From positions 2,122,524-2,186,523 of the forward strand of contig MU053873.1 in NCBI GenBank assembly GCA_013239625.1: DNA of 64,000 nt, given 5' to 3'. This document shows positions 12,836 to 25,335 of the stretch, in pieces. Source of the DNA: Lama guanicoe (taxonomy: Eukaryota). The notes beneath the pieces were generated by a model. That model saw nothing but the letters and a program-made list of their open reading frames with translations, did no database searches and was not told the origin of the DNA. The position numbers were made by a program, and so were the translations under genes. Each line of letters begins with the position of its first letter. Position 1 is the first letter of the stretch.

Positions 12836-14959
12836 GATCCCGCGCTGGATTTCCAGCAGTCTACGGGGAGGCGGCTGGAATCCCTGGGCCCGGCCCCAGC
12901 CAGGCGTGGGTTTGACTCACTTCCAGGATGGGTGACCTTGGCGAGTTTCTTCCTCGGCCCAGACCTCAGTCTCCAGATCTGTAAAATGAGCCGCCGGGGC
13001 TGCGGTCCCCGAGGCTTCTCCAGGGAACGCCCAGGAGGGTGGAAACCGGGTGGGAAGAAGGGGGCGGCTGGGACCGTGCCGTAGGCATGGCCTCGTTCTC
13101 AGCCCACGAGCTGCAGGGATTTCTCGGCCCCAGAGAAACGTGTTGCAAGGCCTTTTGCGAGAAGTTTGATTTCTGTGTTTACTTTGGTCCAGATCCTGAC
13201 GCCCAGCAGCTAGAGACTAGCTGCTTACAAGGCCAACAAGATTGCGTGTGTGTGCGTGTGTACATGTGTGTGTCAGTGCATTCACACTCACCAGAAGGCA
13301 CCTCCCTTCCCAGGCAGGACCCCACAGCACCCGGAGTCCCCCAGTGTCCCCGGGGGGCTGGGTTCTGGCCCCACTCGGGAGTCCCTCTCAGGCCCGCAAG
13401 GCTATTGCTGATGCTGACGGATGCCCAGGGTCGGCTGTGGCCCAGGCAGGCCTCCGTCATCTCCCACGGGGACCAGCAAAGAGAGAATCCAGGTCCAGGG
13501 TGGTCCTGAGGCCGAGGAGGGCAGTGAGATGATGGAAAGGGGACCCTGAGGTTGGTTGGGGCCCAAGTCACTGTCCCAGCTCTGAGCACCTTGTCCTCAT
13601 CCGTGAAATGGGCTCCCAGGTCTCTCTCATGAGATGCTGTCCAGACAAGTGCAGTAAGACCAGCCTCTCTGACCCCCCATCACTGCCCGGCCCTCCTAGT
13701 GCTGTGCCTCCACCTCTGGCTGTGAGCCGGGACTGCATAGGGACCACGCCTGTCTGGCTAACCTAGTGACCCAGTGCCCATGCCTTCCAGCTGCTGTCCC
13801 CTTCCTCCCGGTCCCGCCCTGTCCAACGATCTTCGTGTCTGCCTTGACCTGGAGCCCTCAGGCCAGGGGTTTTATCCCAGCCCCTTCCCCGTCTCTCTGC
13901 GAGACCACGGAGGCAACACTTGGGCCCTCAGTTTCTCCATCTGTGAAATGGGTCTGCGTGTGCCTGTGTTGCCCACCTCTCCGGCTTGTAGGGAGGGCAA
14001 GGGAAAGGGGCGCTCTGTCTGAGGTCAGCAGGCCAGGGGGCTTGTTCTTGCCGCTTGCAGGAGCACTGGATCAGGAGTCTGAGGGTTGGGGTCTGCGCTC
14101 AGATTGGCGATACAGGCGTCAGTTTTCCCGTCTGTGACTAGCCCGTCTTGTGGTCTCTCCCTGCATCCAGTTCCCAGTGGTCCCTGGGCTCCTGGCTCTG
14201 GCCCCACGGCCCCGGCTGTCATTGTGTTCTCATCTCCCCACTCTGTCTGGTCTCTGCCTCTTGCCCGCCCTCCATTCATCCCTTGTCAGAGGTCACGGTG
14301 GGGGAGGGGCCTTCCCTTCCCGCCTGGTGGAGCTTTATCTGTAATCTAATGCTGGCCCCAGGGACAAGGGTCAGGGGCACTCTGGATGAAACAGGAGGCA
14401 AGCGAGGATGAGTCCTGCAAGAGGGAGCTGGGGGGAGGGGAGGTGGTGGTGGGAGGATCTGGGTCCACTCCCTCTCTGCTCTGTGAAGGCCCCTTGGGGG
14501 AGCAACTCCAGGCCCCTCTGCATCAAAGCGGGGGAGCCTTGAGCAAATCATTTATCCTCTTGAAACTTCAGTTTTCTCCTCTCACAGGAGGCAAGGATCC
14601 AATGAGCCCTAGTACTCCTTACACAGCCAGTCTACGGGTTCTCGGCTCTAACGCTCCACCGGCCGCTCTGGTGACTGCTGAGAACACTGAGGCTCAGAGA
14701 GCTGAGGTCCAGGGCAGGGGGAGGGAGGGCGACCTGGGATTTAAAGTCAGTTTTGTGTGTCTCCAGGGCCACAAATGTACTTTCCACAGCAGACAGGTGG
14801 AAGTCAAATGTTAAAGTCCCTTCCCGCAGGTCCGGGAGGAGAGTGAGTTATCTGCCACTCACAGATAAGGGCTCTCCTCTGGGTGGCCGGACCTCCTCCT
14901 TGCGGCAGTTTGCAACTTTCCAGAGAAGGTGGCACTTGCAATATTATTTATGAGGGAGT

Positions 14960-15530
14960 TTTATAGAAATTACCAACATGAAAGAGGCAAGGAAGGGCAT
15001 CTTTGGCAGCGGGAACAGCACACGCAAAGGCACAGATTTGTGAATCAGGACGGTGTTTGCAGAGAAGCGGGTGGCAGTTCTGTGTGCAGGAGTAAAGGAT
15101 GCTTGAGGGAGTGAAGTAGGAGTACGCATCTGGGGAGGTGAGCCAGGCCAGGGTGCATTTCTGGCTCTTGATGGATAGTTTTAAGCAGATTCTCTTTTAG
15201 AAAATTCTTCCTGGGGGCGGGGCTGGATGGGTACACAATTGGCAGGGACAAGTCTGGATGGGGGAGAGTAGTTCATAGATTTGTGTTTGGACGATTAAAC
15301 CAAGCATGAGAGCCAGATGTTCAGGTGAGATGAGTCCACGTCCAGAGACGTCTAAGGGTGGAGTTTGCGGCACAGCACCTGTAAGGGAGAAGGGTAATAG
15401 AGCAGGAAGAGTTGAGGGTGATGTCCAGATCTCTGTCTTGGGCAGCTGGGTGGAGGGTGGGGGCATTCCATGAAATGGGGGGAGGGTCAGTAGGCAGTTT
15501 GACGGCAAAGAAAATGAGCTTAGCTGGGCA
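14960..15530 (-). mobile_element. L2 LINE fragment
   Basis: ggaagggcatctttggcagcgggaacagcacacgcaaaggcacaga and gatgtccagatctctgtcttgggcagctgggtggagggtgggggcattcc. Confidence 0.7.
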
Positions 15531-15556
15531 CGTGTCATGCCTTAGGAGTTTGCAAG

Positions 15557-16010
15557 TGTATCAGTTATCTATGACCACAATAATGATGCATAACAAACAG
15601 CCACTAGCTCAGCAGAATTCAGCGATCAACATTTATTCAGCTTGTGTGCTTCGAACTGGGCTGGGCTGATCTTATCTGGGATGGCTCAAAGTTCTAGTTG
15701 GGGCTGGCTGCCAGCTGGTCTAGGTTGGCCTCACCTGGCATGACTGGGGAACTTGGCTCAGCTCCGCATATCCCAACCTCCCACAGGCTAGCCCCAGCGT
15801 GTCCTCATGACCTTGGCAGAGATACAAAAAGCCCAATCACGCAAGCGCTTTCCAAGCCCCTGCTGGCGTCACGTTTGCTAGCATCCCATCAGCCAAAGCA
15901 AGAGGCTGAGCCCAGAATCAGAGGGGGATGGGGCTCTGGAAGTAATTTGGTCACATGGATATAGAGAGAGGGAAAGATGGTAGCCAAGAGGGGGTGTCAA
16001 ATCAGCCACG
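15557..16010 (-). mobile_element. MLT1 (ERVL-MaLR) solo LTR, MLT1G/H/I-like
   Basis: Starts tgtatcagttatctatgaccacaataatgatgcataacaaacagccac; internal gcaagcgctttccaagcccctgctggcgtcacgtttgctagcatcccatcagccaaagcaag. Confidence 0.75.
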
Positions 16011-16829
16011 TGGAGAAACCAGAGGGCGGTCATGCATCCAGGACTGGAGACGTGAGGCTGTTGACCATGGACAGTCCCTGAAGCCATGGGAGGGGAAGGG
16101 TTGCCCAAGCCAGTGGTGTGGCTGGGACAGAGCTGGACACCTGGGTGAGCCTCTCCTTTTGTGCCACCCCACAACGTTCCCAACATCCTCTGTGTCTCAT
16201 GGGAGTGAAAACCTCAAGAGCTCAGATGGCCACGGAGGCGTTATGTGGCCCACAACAGTAGGTGCTCAACAAGAAAAAACAGCAGAAGGAACACAGCTGG
16301 GCAGGCCGAGGGATTAACCTCTTGTGTGCCAGCAGCTAAATGCCAATGTGGAATGACGGTGGGAAGCCCGTCAGACCCAGAGGTGTCCCCACCCTACCGA
16401 GGAAGCGCCCACCCCAGGTCTTGCTGTGAGCAAAGATGGTGGCCCATTTTCAGACCAGAACGGCATCTGACCTGAATGAGTTCACTGGTTGTCTCCAAGA
16501 TTCTAGACCTTTCTGCGCTACCTCATCCCCGCCTCCTGACAGTCCCAGGGCGATGCAGCCATCGTGCTCCCCGACCCCTTCCCCTTTGCAGCTGGAGAGA
16601 CTGGAGGTGCAGCCAAGCTCACAGGGGCTGCTCAACGGCAGGCCTTGGAGTCTCAACCTCAGCTCTGCCCGCCGCAGCCCCCGCCCCACTCTGGGGGGTT
16701 CCCTCCTTCATGCTGCGGCCCGGGGTCCGGGCTTCGGCGGGGGAGCGTTTAGTCAGGCGGCCTGCCTGGCTGACGACCCCCCACCGAGCCACCCAGCCCT
16801 CCCCCTCACCAAGACTGAGTCCCTCGGAG

Positions 16830-17130
16830 GAATTTTTTTTTTTTCTAAAGCAAGAAACAGCAGGAAAATCTCTCTCCTGCTGCTTCTTGTATTTCCTTTA
16901 TAGTTTCCTTTGTTCTATATTTAATTTTTTGTTTTAAACCCGGTTGAAGAGAGATGGGCGAATCACCGATGGTTATTGATTTATTATTTATGGCGAATCA
17001 TACATCGCTTTAATCGCGTCTTCTGTGCCTTTCCTATTCTACATACTTGAAGGACAACCCAAGGAAATGGTCCGAGGCGTCAGAGGCGCCTGCTTATTTC
17101 TACACTGCAACCTGTTGGAAGAAAACTAGA
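16830..17130. promoter_or_regulatory. Candidate enhancer/CNE next to a small CpG-rich patch (16640-16790)
   Basis: AT-rich unique sequence with tattgatttattattttatgg (PBX-HOX/CDX-like) and retained CpGs; contains a 15-bp inverted repeat. Confidence 0.4.
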
Positions 17131-17443
17131 CACGTTTTGGGGAGTGTGCTGGCTCCTAGCTTTGCTCACAAGGGCAGAGGTGCGACCCTGGGCTGGCTGA
17201 GTCAGGGGTGACCTCTCCTTGGTGACGTGGTGGCCCTCAGGCGATGCTGAGGGATGTCCCGATGCTTCTGGCTAGTCCCGTGGCTAAACGGCCTCAACAT
17301 TTGTCTTTGCTGGTTACCCTGGCCTCTTTCCTTCCAGTTTGTGTGGACACCCAGCTCCCTGCCACACCTCCGGTGACACCTATGCAAAACTGCAGGCAGC
17401 TGTCAGAATGCTAATACCAATAATAATGACCAGCAATCCACCT

Positions 17444-17925
17444 GGTCTGTTGGGAGTCTTTGGTTATAGAAAGTAGAAAATCCAGCTCAAAGTGGCTTAA
17501 ACCAAAAAAGGAAATTCTTTGGTTTCCAGAGCTGAAAAGCATCGTGTAGATAGGCTTCAGGTCAAGTTTGATCCAGAGGCTCCCTTCATGGTGGTGGGAC
17601 GCCACCTCAGCAGGCCTCATATCCTCATTCTGCACCCAAGAGGCAGGGGGTGACCTCTGGTAACCCTCACTTAAGAGAGGAAAGTCTTGTCCCAAGTCTC
17701 AGCACAATCTCCTTTCATGGCGTGACTTTCTCTGCACTGATCTCTGCATTTGGGAGAATGGAAAAAGTTGGTAGATTTAATCCAACCAGGCTCCATCCTT
17801 GGAGTAAAGGGTGGAGCCAACCCCACCTAAACAGGGCTGAGGTCAAAGTGGGAGGGAGGGGTCTCCCCAGAGGAAAACTCTGAGTGCTGTTGGTGGGACA
17901 AGGAGGCACACACAGGGACAGCTGT
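17444..17925 (-). mobile_element. MLT1K/L-like solo LTR
   Basis: gagtctttggttatagaaagtagaaaatccagctcaaagtggcttaaacc...ggcttcaggtcaagtttgatccagaggctc...tctccccagaggaaaactctgagtgctgtt. Confidence 0.7.
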
Positions 17926-18769
17926 CGGCAAAGACCCTGCAGCCGCCAGGGCAGCTCCTGATGGTTGGCTACTCTGTGCTGGAGGGCGGAGGGCCCGGTC
18001 TTACCCTGTCCTGCTCCCTTCTCCCTGCCCTTGATGGCTCCCTACTCCTCCCACCGCCATCTCCCCACCATCTCCCCACCATCTCCCTCCAAACGCCCCC
18101 GGCTGGTCCCTCTGCCTCCTCTCACCTGATGCCTTTCATTTTCTCACCTCCACACAGTTTCCACTGCCCTTGCTCTTAGCTTTCCCATGACCTCCCCCTC
18201 TCCGAAGGCGTTTCACTCCTCAGAGTCCTGCTCAGATGCCACTTCCTCCGTGCGATGCACGTGGAGAGATGCTCGCTCTGGGACTCTCCAAACACAACCC
18301 TCATCCCAGGACGTGGTCCTCACAACAGTGGGCGTTTGTCTGTCTGGTTCACTGTGGTGCCCCATGTCTGGGATCCTGCCTGGCACAGAGGATGTACCCA
18401 AGAGATAGTGGATAAATCCATGAGCAAATCCCTTTCTCCCCCACTGCACCATCAGCTTCAGGAGGGCAGACACTACTGGGAAAAAGGCACAGCAGAGATG
18501 TTCAAATCAACAGACTGGGTTAGAATCCTGGCCTCCCTCATCTCTTAGCTATGGGACCCTGAGCAAAATACCCTCTCTGAACCATTCTTTCTAGATATGC
18601 AAAATGGCAATAATTAGACTTCTCTGGACAACCGCATAAGACCTGGTCCACCCTGGCACAGCCCTGGTGAGACTGAAGGAAAGGAGCCAAGGTCCAAGGG
18701 CACCTTACCTGGAACAAAGGAAGAAGTTTCTGATGCAGGGTGTGCATCTTTTAGAACCAACAGGGCCAT

Positions 18770-18960
18770 GGACACCCCCTTGCCAGGATTGGTTTGCACA
18801 TGTACTAAAGAAAACAGTGTTGAAATATGGTGATTACAGGCAGCCAATCAATTAGCCCGTGTTCAGGAATCTGTTCATAGCAGTCAATCGGTGATTGCCA
18901 ATCTGCATATTTAGTCAGTATCATTAATTATGCATCATGCGGCATTAACCCCCATCACAT
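18770..18960. promoter_or_regulatory. Candidate enhancer/CNE
   Basis: ccaatcaattag, ctgcatattt and cattaattatgcat (POU/homeodomain-like) in non-repeat sequence. Confidence 0.35.
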
Positions 18961-19153
18961 GCATGTGTGCGTGCTGTGGAACAAGGCTTCGGGTCCTGTC
19001 TAGGGGAGGATGCTTGAGGAAGCTGCTGGCATGGTGTGTGTTTTGGGGTGGGGGGCACCTCTCACGTGGTGGCAGCCGGTTGGCATGGAGACAGATTGAG
19101 TGCTGTCTGCACTGGCCACAGAAACTGGACAGAGGCTGGCTTTTTATTTAAAT

Positions 19154-19368
19154 CTGGGATTGCAAACTGGTGGATGGCAGGACTGATCCAGCCCGCTGAT
19201 GAGTTTTACTTGACTTGGACAATAGTGGGAAAAAAAGGATATAATGCCTTTAGTGTGGGCCTGCCAGTTTGCCATAGTCCCCACTCCTCCTTATTGCCTC
19301 ATATGCCACCTGCTTTACTCCCTAAGTTTCCTGCCTGGCCCCTGTGGGCATTTGAATTGGAAACGAAG
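19154..19368 (-). mobile_element. MER102-like hAT-Charlie MITE (internally deleted)
   Basis: ccagtttgccatagtccccactcctcccttattgcctc...cctgcctggcccctgtgggcatttgaattgg; inverse orientation to the copy at 22076. Confidence 0.7.
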
Positions 19369-20069
19369 AGATCAGGGGTTCCTCATTTTAAAAATGATTG
19401 TCCCCCTACGGAATCATTTTAGACATTCCCTTCTACTTGTCCCTTCTCCCCATAGTGACATTTTAATACCACAGATACATTGGATATCTGTTTATGTTCT
19501 GTATGTATATCTGTAGGATTTTTCGTCCCCCAAGGAACAAAATTCATCCTTGTTGAGAATGCATCCTCTAAGTTACAAGGTTTCTGCCTGTCTCTCTGGT
19601 GGTTCCCATGGTGGGGTAGGGAGGGGGTTGGCAATGAGGTGCTTTGATCTGTATAATGATTTAATCTGTATAGATGACCCTCCATATTGGCTGCAAGGCT
19701 CTCCTTACTGCTCCTACACTAGCTCCAGGAGGTCCAGATTCCACTCACGTGGCCATATTGCCCCCCACCCCAAGAGCACTAAATACTCAAGACTTGGGTC
19801 AAACATCCCCTCCTCCAGAGTCTGGCGAGTTAAAACAATTGTACATGAGTATTTTCGTGTCAGAGAGGGAAGCCTCTTGGGGAGTTGCAATTTCTCAACT
19901 TGTATTTTGCAGATGAGTAAATGAAAAGGGACTTGCCCCAGCTTGCACAGCAAATCAGGAAGAGGTAATCACTATGACTAGATTTTAAGGCCAATACTTT
20001 CCATCCACCCCATTTGCTCCCTAAGGCAGGTTTGTCCACCCTTGCATCATCTGGGCCTGGCACAGAGGC

Positions 20070-20225
20070 AGTGCTTGTGGAGGTTCACAATGCACAGCAA
20101 CACATTCAGACATTAAAGGCTCTGACAAGTCCTGCAGGAAAACAAACAATTTTAGTTTTGTAGCTTTTACAAAATTAATAAATTTAATAATGTAGCTTTC
20201 CTTGTGTTTGATCACAGACTGGAAA
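20070..20225. mobile_element. hAT-Charlie MITE fragment, same family as 28479-28750, opposite orientation
   Basis: ggaggttcacaatgcac...cattaaaggctctgacaagtcctgcaggaaaac is reverse-complementary to tgcagcaggacttatcagagcctttat near 28592-28620. Confidence 0.55.
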
Positions 20226-20249
20226 ACTTCTAGGTGCCATGTACTAGAT

Positions 20250-20770
20250 TAAACTATTTATAATTTTAAAATAGCCCCAAACTGAAAACGACCCAAAGCC
20301 ATCAATAGTGAAACAGATAAAGAGATTCTGCTATGGTCACACAATGGAATATCCCACAGCAGAGGAAGATGAATGAACTATAGCTCCTCACCACAACATG
20401 TGTGAATTTCACCGTACAATGTTGAGGGGAAGAAGTTAGACACAAAATAATAATGATGGAGTAATTATTAGGAGTAATAATGATTACTCCTATGATTCCA
20501 TTTATACAAAATCCAGAAATTGGCAAAATGAAACCATGTTGTTTTCAGGTCTAAAGAAAACCCAGGAAAATGATGATCATCAAATTCAGGAGGGTAATGA
20601 AATCTCCTGGGGTGGGGGTGGGGGTGGGAGGGGAGAGAGAGGCGTGGAGGAGGCACCGGCAGGTGCTTCTGAGATTTTGTTTCTTGTCTGGGGCTTACCT
20701 AGGTGTTTGCTTGATAATCATTAAATTGTGCAGAACTAGATTTTCTGCGCTTTGCTGTATGTGAGTTTTG
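20250..20770 (+). mobile_element. Old L1 (L1ME/L1MC-like) 3' region
   Basis: aatagccccaaactgaaaacgacccaaagccatcaatagtg...cacacaatggaatatccc...tatgattccatttatacaaaatccagaaattggcaaaatgaa. Confidence 0.8.
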
Positions 20771-22075
20771 TTTTGCGATCGAGACTGAAACAGCTTGTGC
20801 TGGCTTTGGCTCTAGGGGCAGGAATGGAGGCTGGGAGGCCACAGAAGTTGCTGCTACAGCCACCCAGCCATAAGACGATGGTGGCCTGGACTGTGGGAGG
20901 GACAACTGGGACAGAGAGGAGCAGCGGGATCCCAAAGGGACTTAGCAGATAATTTGGTGACCCCCCCAGTGTGCTCACTGATGCATTTGGCTCCAGCTTT
21001 TAACCACACCCCCCAGGACCTCATCACCATAGTCCTTGGTCATGAGCACCAGGAGGCCAGATGGGCCTCATCAGAGAGAGGATGTGGAGAGCCTTGGAGA
21101 ACCCCATGGACAGGCAGCCAGGAAAAGAGACAGGGGATCTGAGTGTGAAAAGAGAGTGGGGAAGAGGCCATTCCTCAAAGCTGTCAGCAGGGGGGCCCCA
21201 GACACCCCGCATTCCATTAGCCGCTTCTCAAGATCGTTTCATTGGCCAATGTGCCCAGGTGGGGTGGCAGGCCGGCCAGGGTGACCTCTGCAGATGTGAC
21301 CGGAGAGACAGGACATCATCCGTGGAGAGACCAAACCCCGGCCCCCAGGCCCCTGCCCAGTCCGCACCTTCTAGCGCCTTCTCTCCCGCCTCCTGGGGAC
21401 AGCCACCGTGTTTTCCGTCTGGCCGGCCATGCCTGGCTGTGCTCGGGAACACAGGCCCCTTCAGAGGTGCCCCCCAAGCCGGCCGAGCTGTCCGAGCCCT
21501 GACAAAGTCTTGAGGGAAGCGGGCGTCGCAGCCCCAGCTGTGTAAATGTTTTTGGTTTTCCTGCTGAGGCTGGGGGTTGAGCCGGTGCCAAGACAAGCCT
21601 CGCTTGAGTTTTCTTTGGCAAGGCGGCCCAGCTCAGGAATGTCAGGAGAACTTTCCAAATGGGATGGTTTGTCAGTGGGACCTCAGGCTGAAAGCTGAGC
21701 CCTGGGTACACTCTGCCGTCATCTCATTACTGTGTCCCCAATTAGAGTCAAGAGCTGGGCCCTGGCCTGGTCAGATGGGAGCGATTTTCTCCACTCACCC
21801 TCCTCTTCCCGGGAGGGGCCAAGGCCATTCTGGAGGCTCTCGGGGCTCATCAAGTGAGCGTGGTTGGAGGGTGGCTCTCACCATCCAGAGGGTGGTGGAG
21901 TTTCTGGTGGGAGGAGGCGAGGGTGTGAGGGCCATCTGGGCCCAGGATGTGAAGTTGGGAGAAGAGCCCATGGAGTCTCTGCGAGGTGGATTTTTTCTCT
22001 CCTTGTTGAACTCCACTTGGTTAACTGTGACTTGGACCTTCCTCAGTACACCTCACAGAAGAGAAAAATCTAGCG

Positions 22076-22462
22076 CAGGGCTTCCAAAGGCAAACTCCTC
22101 CCCGGAGGCAGGCGGATTACCTAAATGAGTGAAGCTGGCCAGGAGTGAGGCAATACGGAGGGGTGGGGACTGGGGCAGACTGGGGAGCTCACGCCTCATC
22201 TCCAAGGGTGGAGACTTCTCAGCTCACAGCTGACCTTGGCTCTGGGTGAATGTGATTCTGATGTGGCCCAAACTTCTGAAGTTCCAAGAGAGACCAAAAA
22301 AAAAAAAAATCTGTGTTTTATGTGAAATCCCTCCATCTTGAAATGTTGGCAACTAATTCAATTAGGGAAAAAAATTATTTTTGACAAAGCGCCACGTTCA
22401 CGAAACAAAACACACCTGGGAGCCGGATGAGGCCACCAGACCACACATGTGTGTGACGCTGG
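22076..22462 (+). mobile_element. MER102b-like hAT-Charlie MITE, near full length
   Basis: taaatgagtgaagctggcc...ggggactggggcagactgg...ttttatgtgaaatccctccatcttgaaatgttggcaactaattcaa...aaacaaaacacacctgggagccggat. Confidence 0.8.
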
Positions 22463-22529
22463 GCTCTAACTTCCTGACCCGTGACTGCGAGCTGAGGGGA
22501 CAGGGGGGCGACAGTGACATCAGTCACAA

Positions 22530-22760
22530 CAGCAATGACATAGCTCCGTCTGTGCCCTGGGCTGACCCAGGCATGGTGCTGTGCCCTCTGCCCAGGCTGA
22601 GCTTCGGTTCTCACGTCAGTCTGTTGGGCAAATATCATCACGCCCACTTTGCAGATGGGAAGACTAACATCTCCAGGAAGGGCTGCAATGGGGTCAGGGT
22701 CACGCGATTCATAAGTGGCAGAGCAAGGACTTGATCCCGGGTCTGTCTGACTCCCAGCCC
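22530..22760 (-). mobile_element. MIR SINE
   Basis: cccactttgcagatgggaagactaac...gtcacgcgattcataagtggcagagcaaggacttgatcccgggtctgtctgactcc. Confidence 0.75.
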
Positions 22761-22900
22761 TGGGCTGAAGTCATGAGATTGGCTTTTTAGCTCCGATGCT
22801 CACCACTATTATCAACGTACATCTACCCCCATGAGCAGACCATGGAGGGGGTGAGGGGTGTGGCGGACCCTGTAGAAGTATGAGGAATACGTAGCCTCTT

Positions 22901-23337
22901 TTATTTTTTAATTGAAGTTTAGTTGATTTACAATACTGTGTTTGTTTCATGGTGCGGCAAATTGATTCAGTTACACACATATATATTCTTTTTCAGATTC
23001 TTGTCCATTATAGGTTATTACGAGATACTGAATATAGTTCCCTGTGCTATATAGTAGGTCTTTGTTATTTATTTTGTATATAGTAGTGTGTATCTGTTAA
23101 TCCCATTCTCCTAATTTATTCCTCCCCCCACCTTTCCCCTTTGGTAGCCATAGTTTGTTTTCTATATCTGGGAGCCTGTTTCTGTTTTGTAAAGAAGTTC
23201 ATTTGTATTATTTTTTTTTATTCCACATATAACTGACATCGTACGGTATTTTTCTTTCTTTGTCTGACTTCACTTAGTATGATAATCTCTAGGTCCATCC
23301 ATGTTACTGCAAATGGCATTATTTCATTGTTTGTTAT
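22901..23337 (-). mobile_element. 5'-truncated L1 with an artiodactyl-type 3' UTR (relatively young)
   Basis: ttgaagtttagttgatttacaatactgtg...ttcagattcttgtccattataggttattacgagatactgaatatagttccctgtgctatatagtaggtc; possible target-site duplication tagcctctt (22892-22900) / tagtctctt (23338-23346). Confidence 0.85.
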
Positions 23338-24135
23338 TAGTCTCTTGAAAATGCCCAGCCTTGTGGGTCTCAGCTAGATGCTACCATTGACTCCATGACT
23401 CTAGAATTGACTTTCTCAACTCTAATCTGTGAAATGGGTACAGTATGGACCCAGTCAGAGTCACTAGGCACAGAAGTTCAGACCGAGGTGGTAAAGCCCT
23501 AGGTGGTGAATGCTAGGAGGAGGCCTTGACCATCTTGGTCCCCCCAGGGGCAACAGTGATGCTCGTGAAGGTGCCTAGCCAATCTGGGGGGCCAGAAGGC
23601 TTTGGGAGAAGACAGCCAGTCCTGTAGTATTGAGGCAAAGTCAGGGTGCAAGGATGACACCAGCTGAGGCTCTGAGTCCTACTCTGTGGGGTGAGGGGAG
23701 TCTGGACAAAGGTCCTTAGGGCAACCTGACATTTACAATTTGCAAAGCACTTTACAGTTTGCAAAGCCAGACTGTAAATCCAGCTCTCCCTGCTCTCAAG
23801 CATTCACTGGCTCCCCATTGCCTCTTAATGCCCCCAGCGAGCCCTAGTTAAAAGTTCCAGTGAGTGAGTGCGCAGTGAGCGAGTAAACACCACACATGCA
23901 CAGGCGGCCTCAGGCTGCCAGGGTCCTTACCCGTCCGCCTGGTCATGGCTTCAGCCCCATGTGCAAGGTAGTTTGGATGCGGTTGGGTGGACAGAGTCCA
24001 GAACTTGGCATTCTGGTAGAATCCCAGGGGGATCCAGGAGTTGGGGATGTCCAGTAGAGAGGCCAAGCCAACCCAAGTGCTGGCTTCTTGGTTTTATTTT
24101 GGTCCCATTTCATGATGAGAATTCCTGCTGGGAGA

Positions 24136-24515
24136 GTACCTTTGTCAGCTGGAGCTGCTGTAACCAAAATACCATAGACTGGTGGCTTATAAACGGACAT
24201 TTATTTCTCACCGTTCTGGAGCTGGGAAGTCCAAGATCAGGATGCCAGCATGGTCACGTTTTGGGGAGAGCCTTCTTCCAGGCTGCATCTACCAGCTTTT
24301 TGCTGTGTCCTCAAGTGGCAGAGACCGAGAGAGGATGCCACAAGTTCTCTAGTGACTCTTATAAAGTCAGTAATCCCATCAGGAGGACTCCACCCTCATG
24401 ACTTCATCTCATCCTAATTACCTTCCAAAGGCCCCACCTCCTAAGGCCATCCCATGGCGGGTAGGGTTTCAACATATGAATTTTCAGGGGGGTCACAAAC
24501 ATTCAGTCCATGGCA
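24136..24515 (-). mobile_element. MLT1A-like solo LTR, full length
   Basis: gctgctgtaaccaaaataccatagactggtggcttataaac...cctaattaccttccaaaggccccacctcc...gtttcaacatatgaattttcaggggggtcacaaacattcagtccatggca. Confidence 0.88.
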
Positions 24516-24569
24516 GACAGTGAGCTCCCCTCAGGCCAGGGCTGAATACCAATCTCGACAAAGACAAAT

Positions 24570-24770
24570 ACAAAAATTTACGTTTCTTGAGCGTTTATTG
24601 TATGATATGGGCACAGTGGAACTGCATTGGATCCCTCCACCTGCCCTATTAAGTATGCCCATTCTGCAGAAAAGGAAACTGAGGCTCGGCATGAAGTCAC
24701 ATAGTGGACAAGTGGTGAAGCCAGAACTTGAACCCAAGCCTGTTTGCATCCAATTGCTGCTTTTAGGAAC
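24570..24770 (-). mobile_element. MIR SINE
   Basis: cccattctgcagaaaaggaaactgaggctc...gtcacatagtggacaagtggtgaagccagaacttgaaccca. Confidence 0.75.
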
Positions 24771-25169
24771 ACACCCTGTTTACCCACAATCCAGGACAAC
24801 GAAGATGTTACTGCCACACCCATCTCTCAGGGGCAGTGGGAGAGGAGGCCTGTCCACAGGCCCACAATGCTGTGGAGTGGACCACTCCCAGCCCCACCCT
24901 CCCACTGCCCCAGGCCCCTACCATGGCAGGTTCAACCAGTGGTTCCCACCCACCCATTGGATGAGGTTAAAGGCTGATCAGACATGAACTTCCCACCCAG
25001 GAGTGTCGCTAAGGGCTCCCTGAAGCCCCCAGGCCCAGGGTGTACAGGGTAGGCATGCAGCCTCTCCCTGGGGGCTGTTCCAGAGCCCAGAGCCCAGCAG
25101 CCGCCAGAGGTGGGTGATTTGGAATCAGAACACATGGCTCTTCCTGGTATATAATGAGCAGGGAGTGAG

Positions 25170-25335
25170 CTGATAGATATGCTAATTTCATTATTCATGT
25201 ACATAATTACAATCTAGAAGTTGGCAGCTTTCTAGGTAATGACAGGAGGGAAGGGGAAATTTACCTAACTTTTGTAATATATGTGTGGTATTATTTAACT
25301 CTTAAATTAAGATCAGGGACCTAATTCATTGCATG
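25170..25335. promoter_or_regulatory. Candidate enhancer/CNE
   Basis: atatgctaatttcattattcatgtacataattac: ATGCTAAT octamer variant plus TAATTA in an AT-rich island. Confidence 0.3.
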
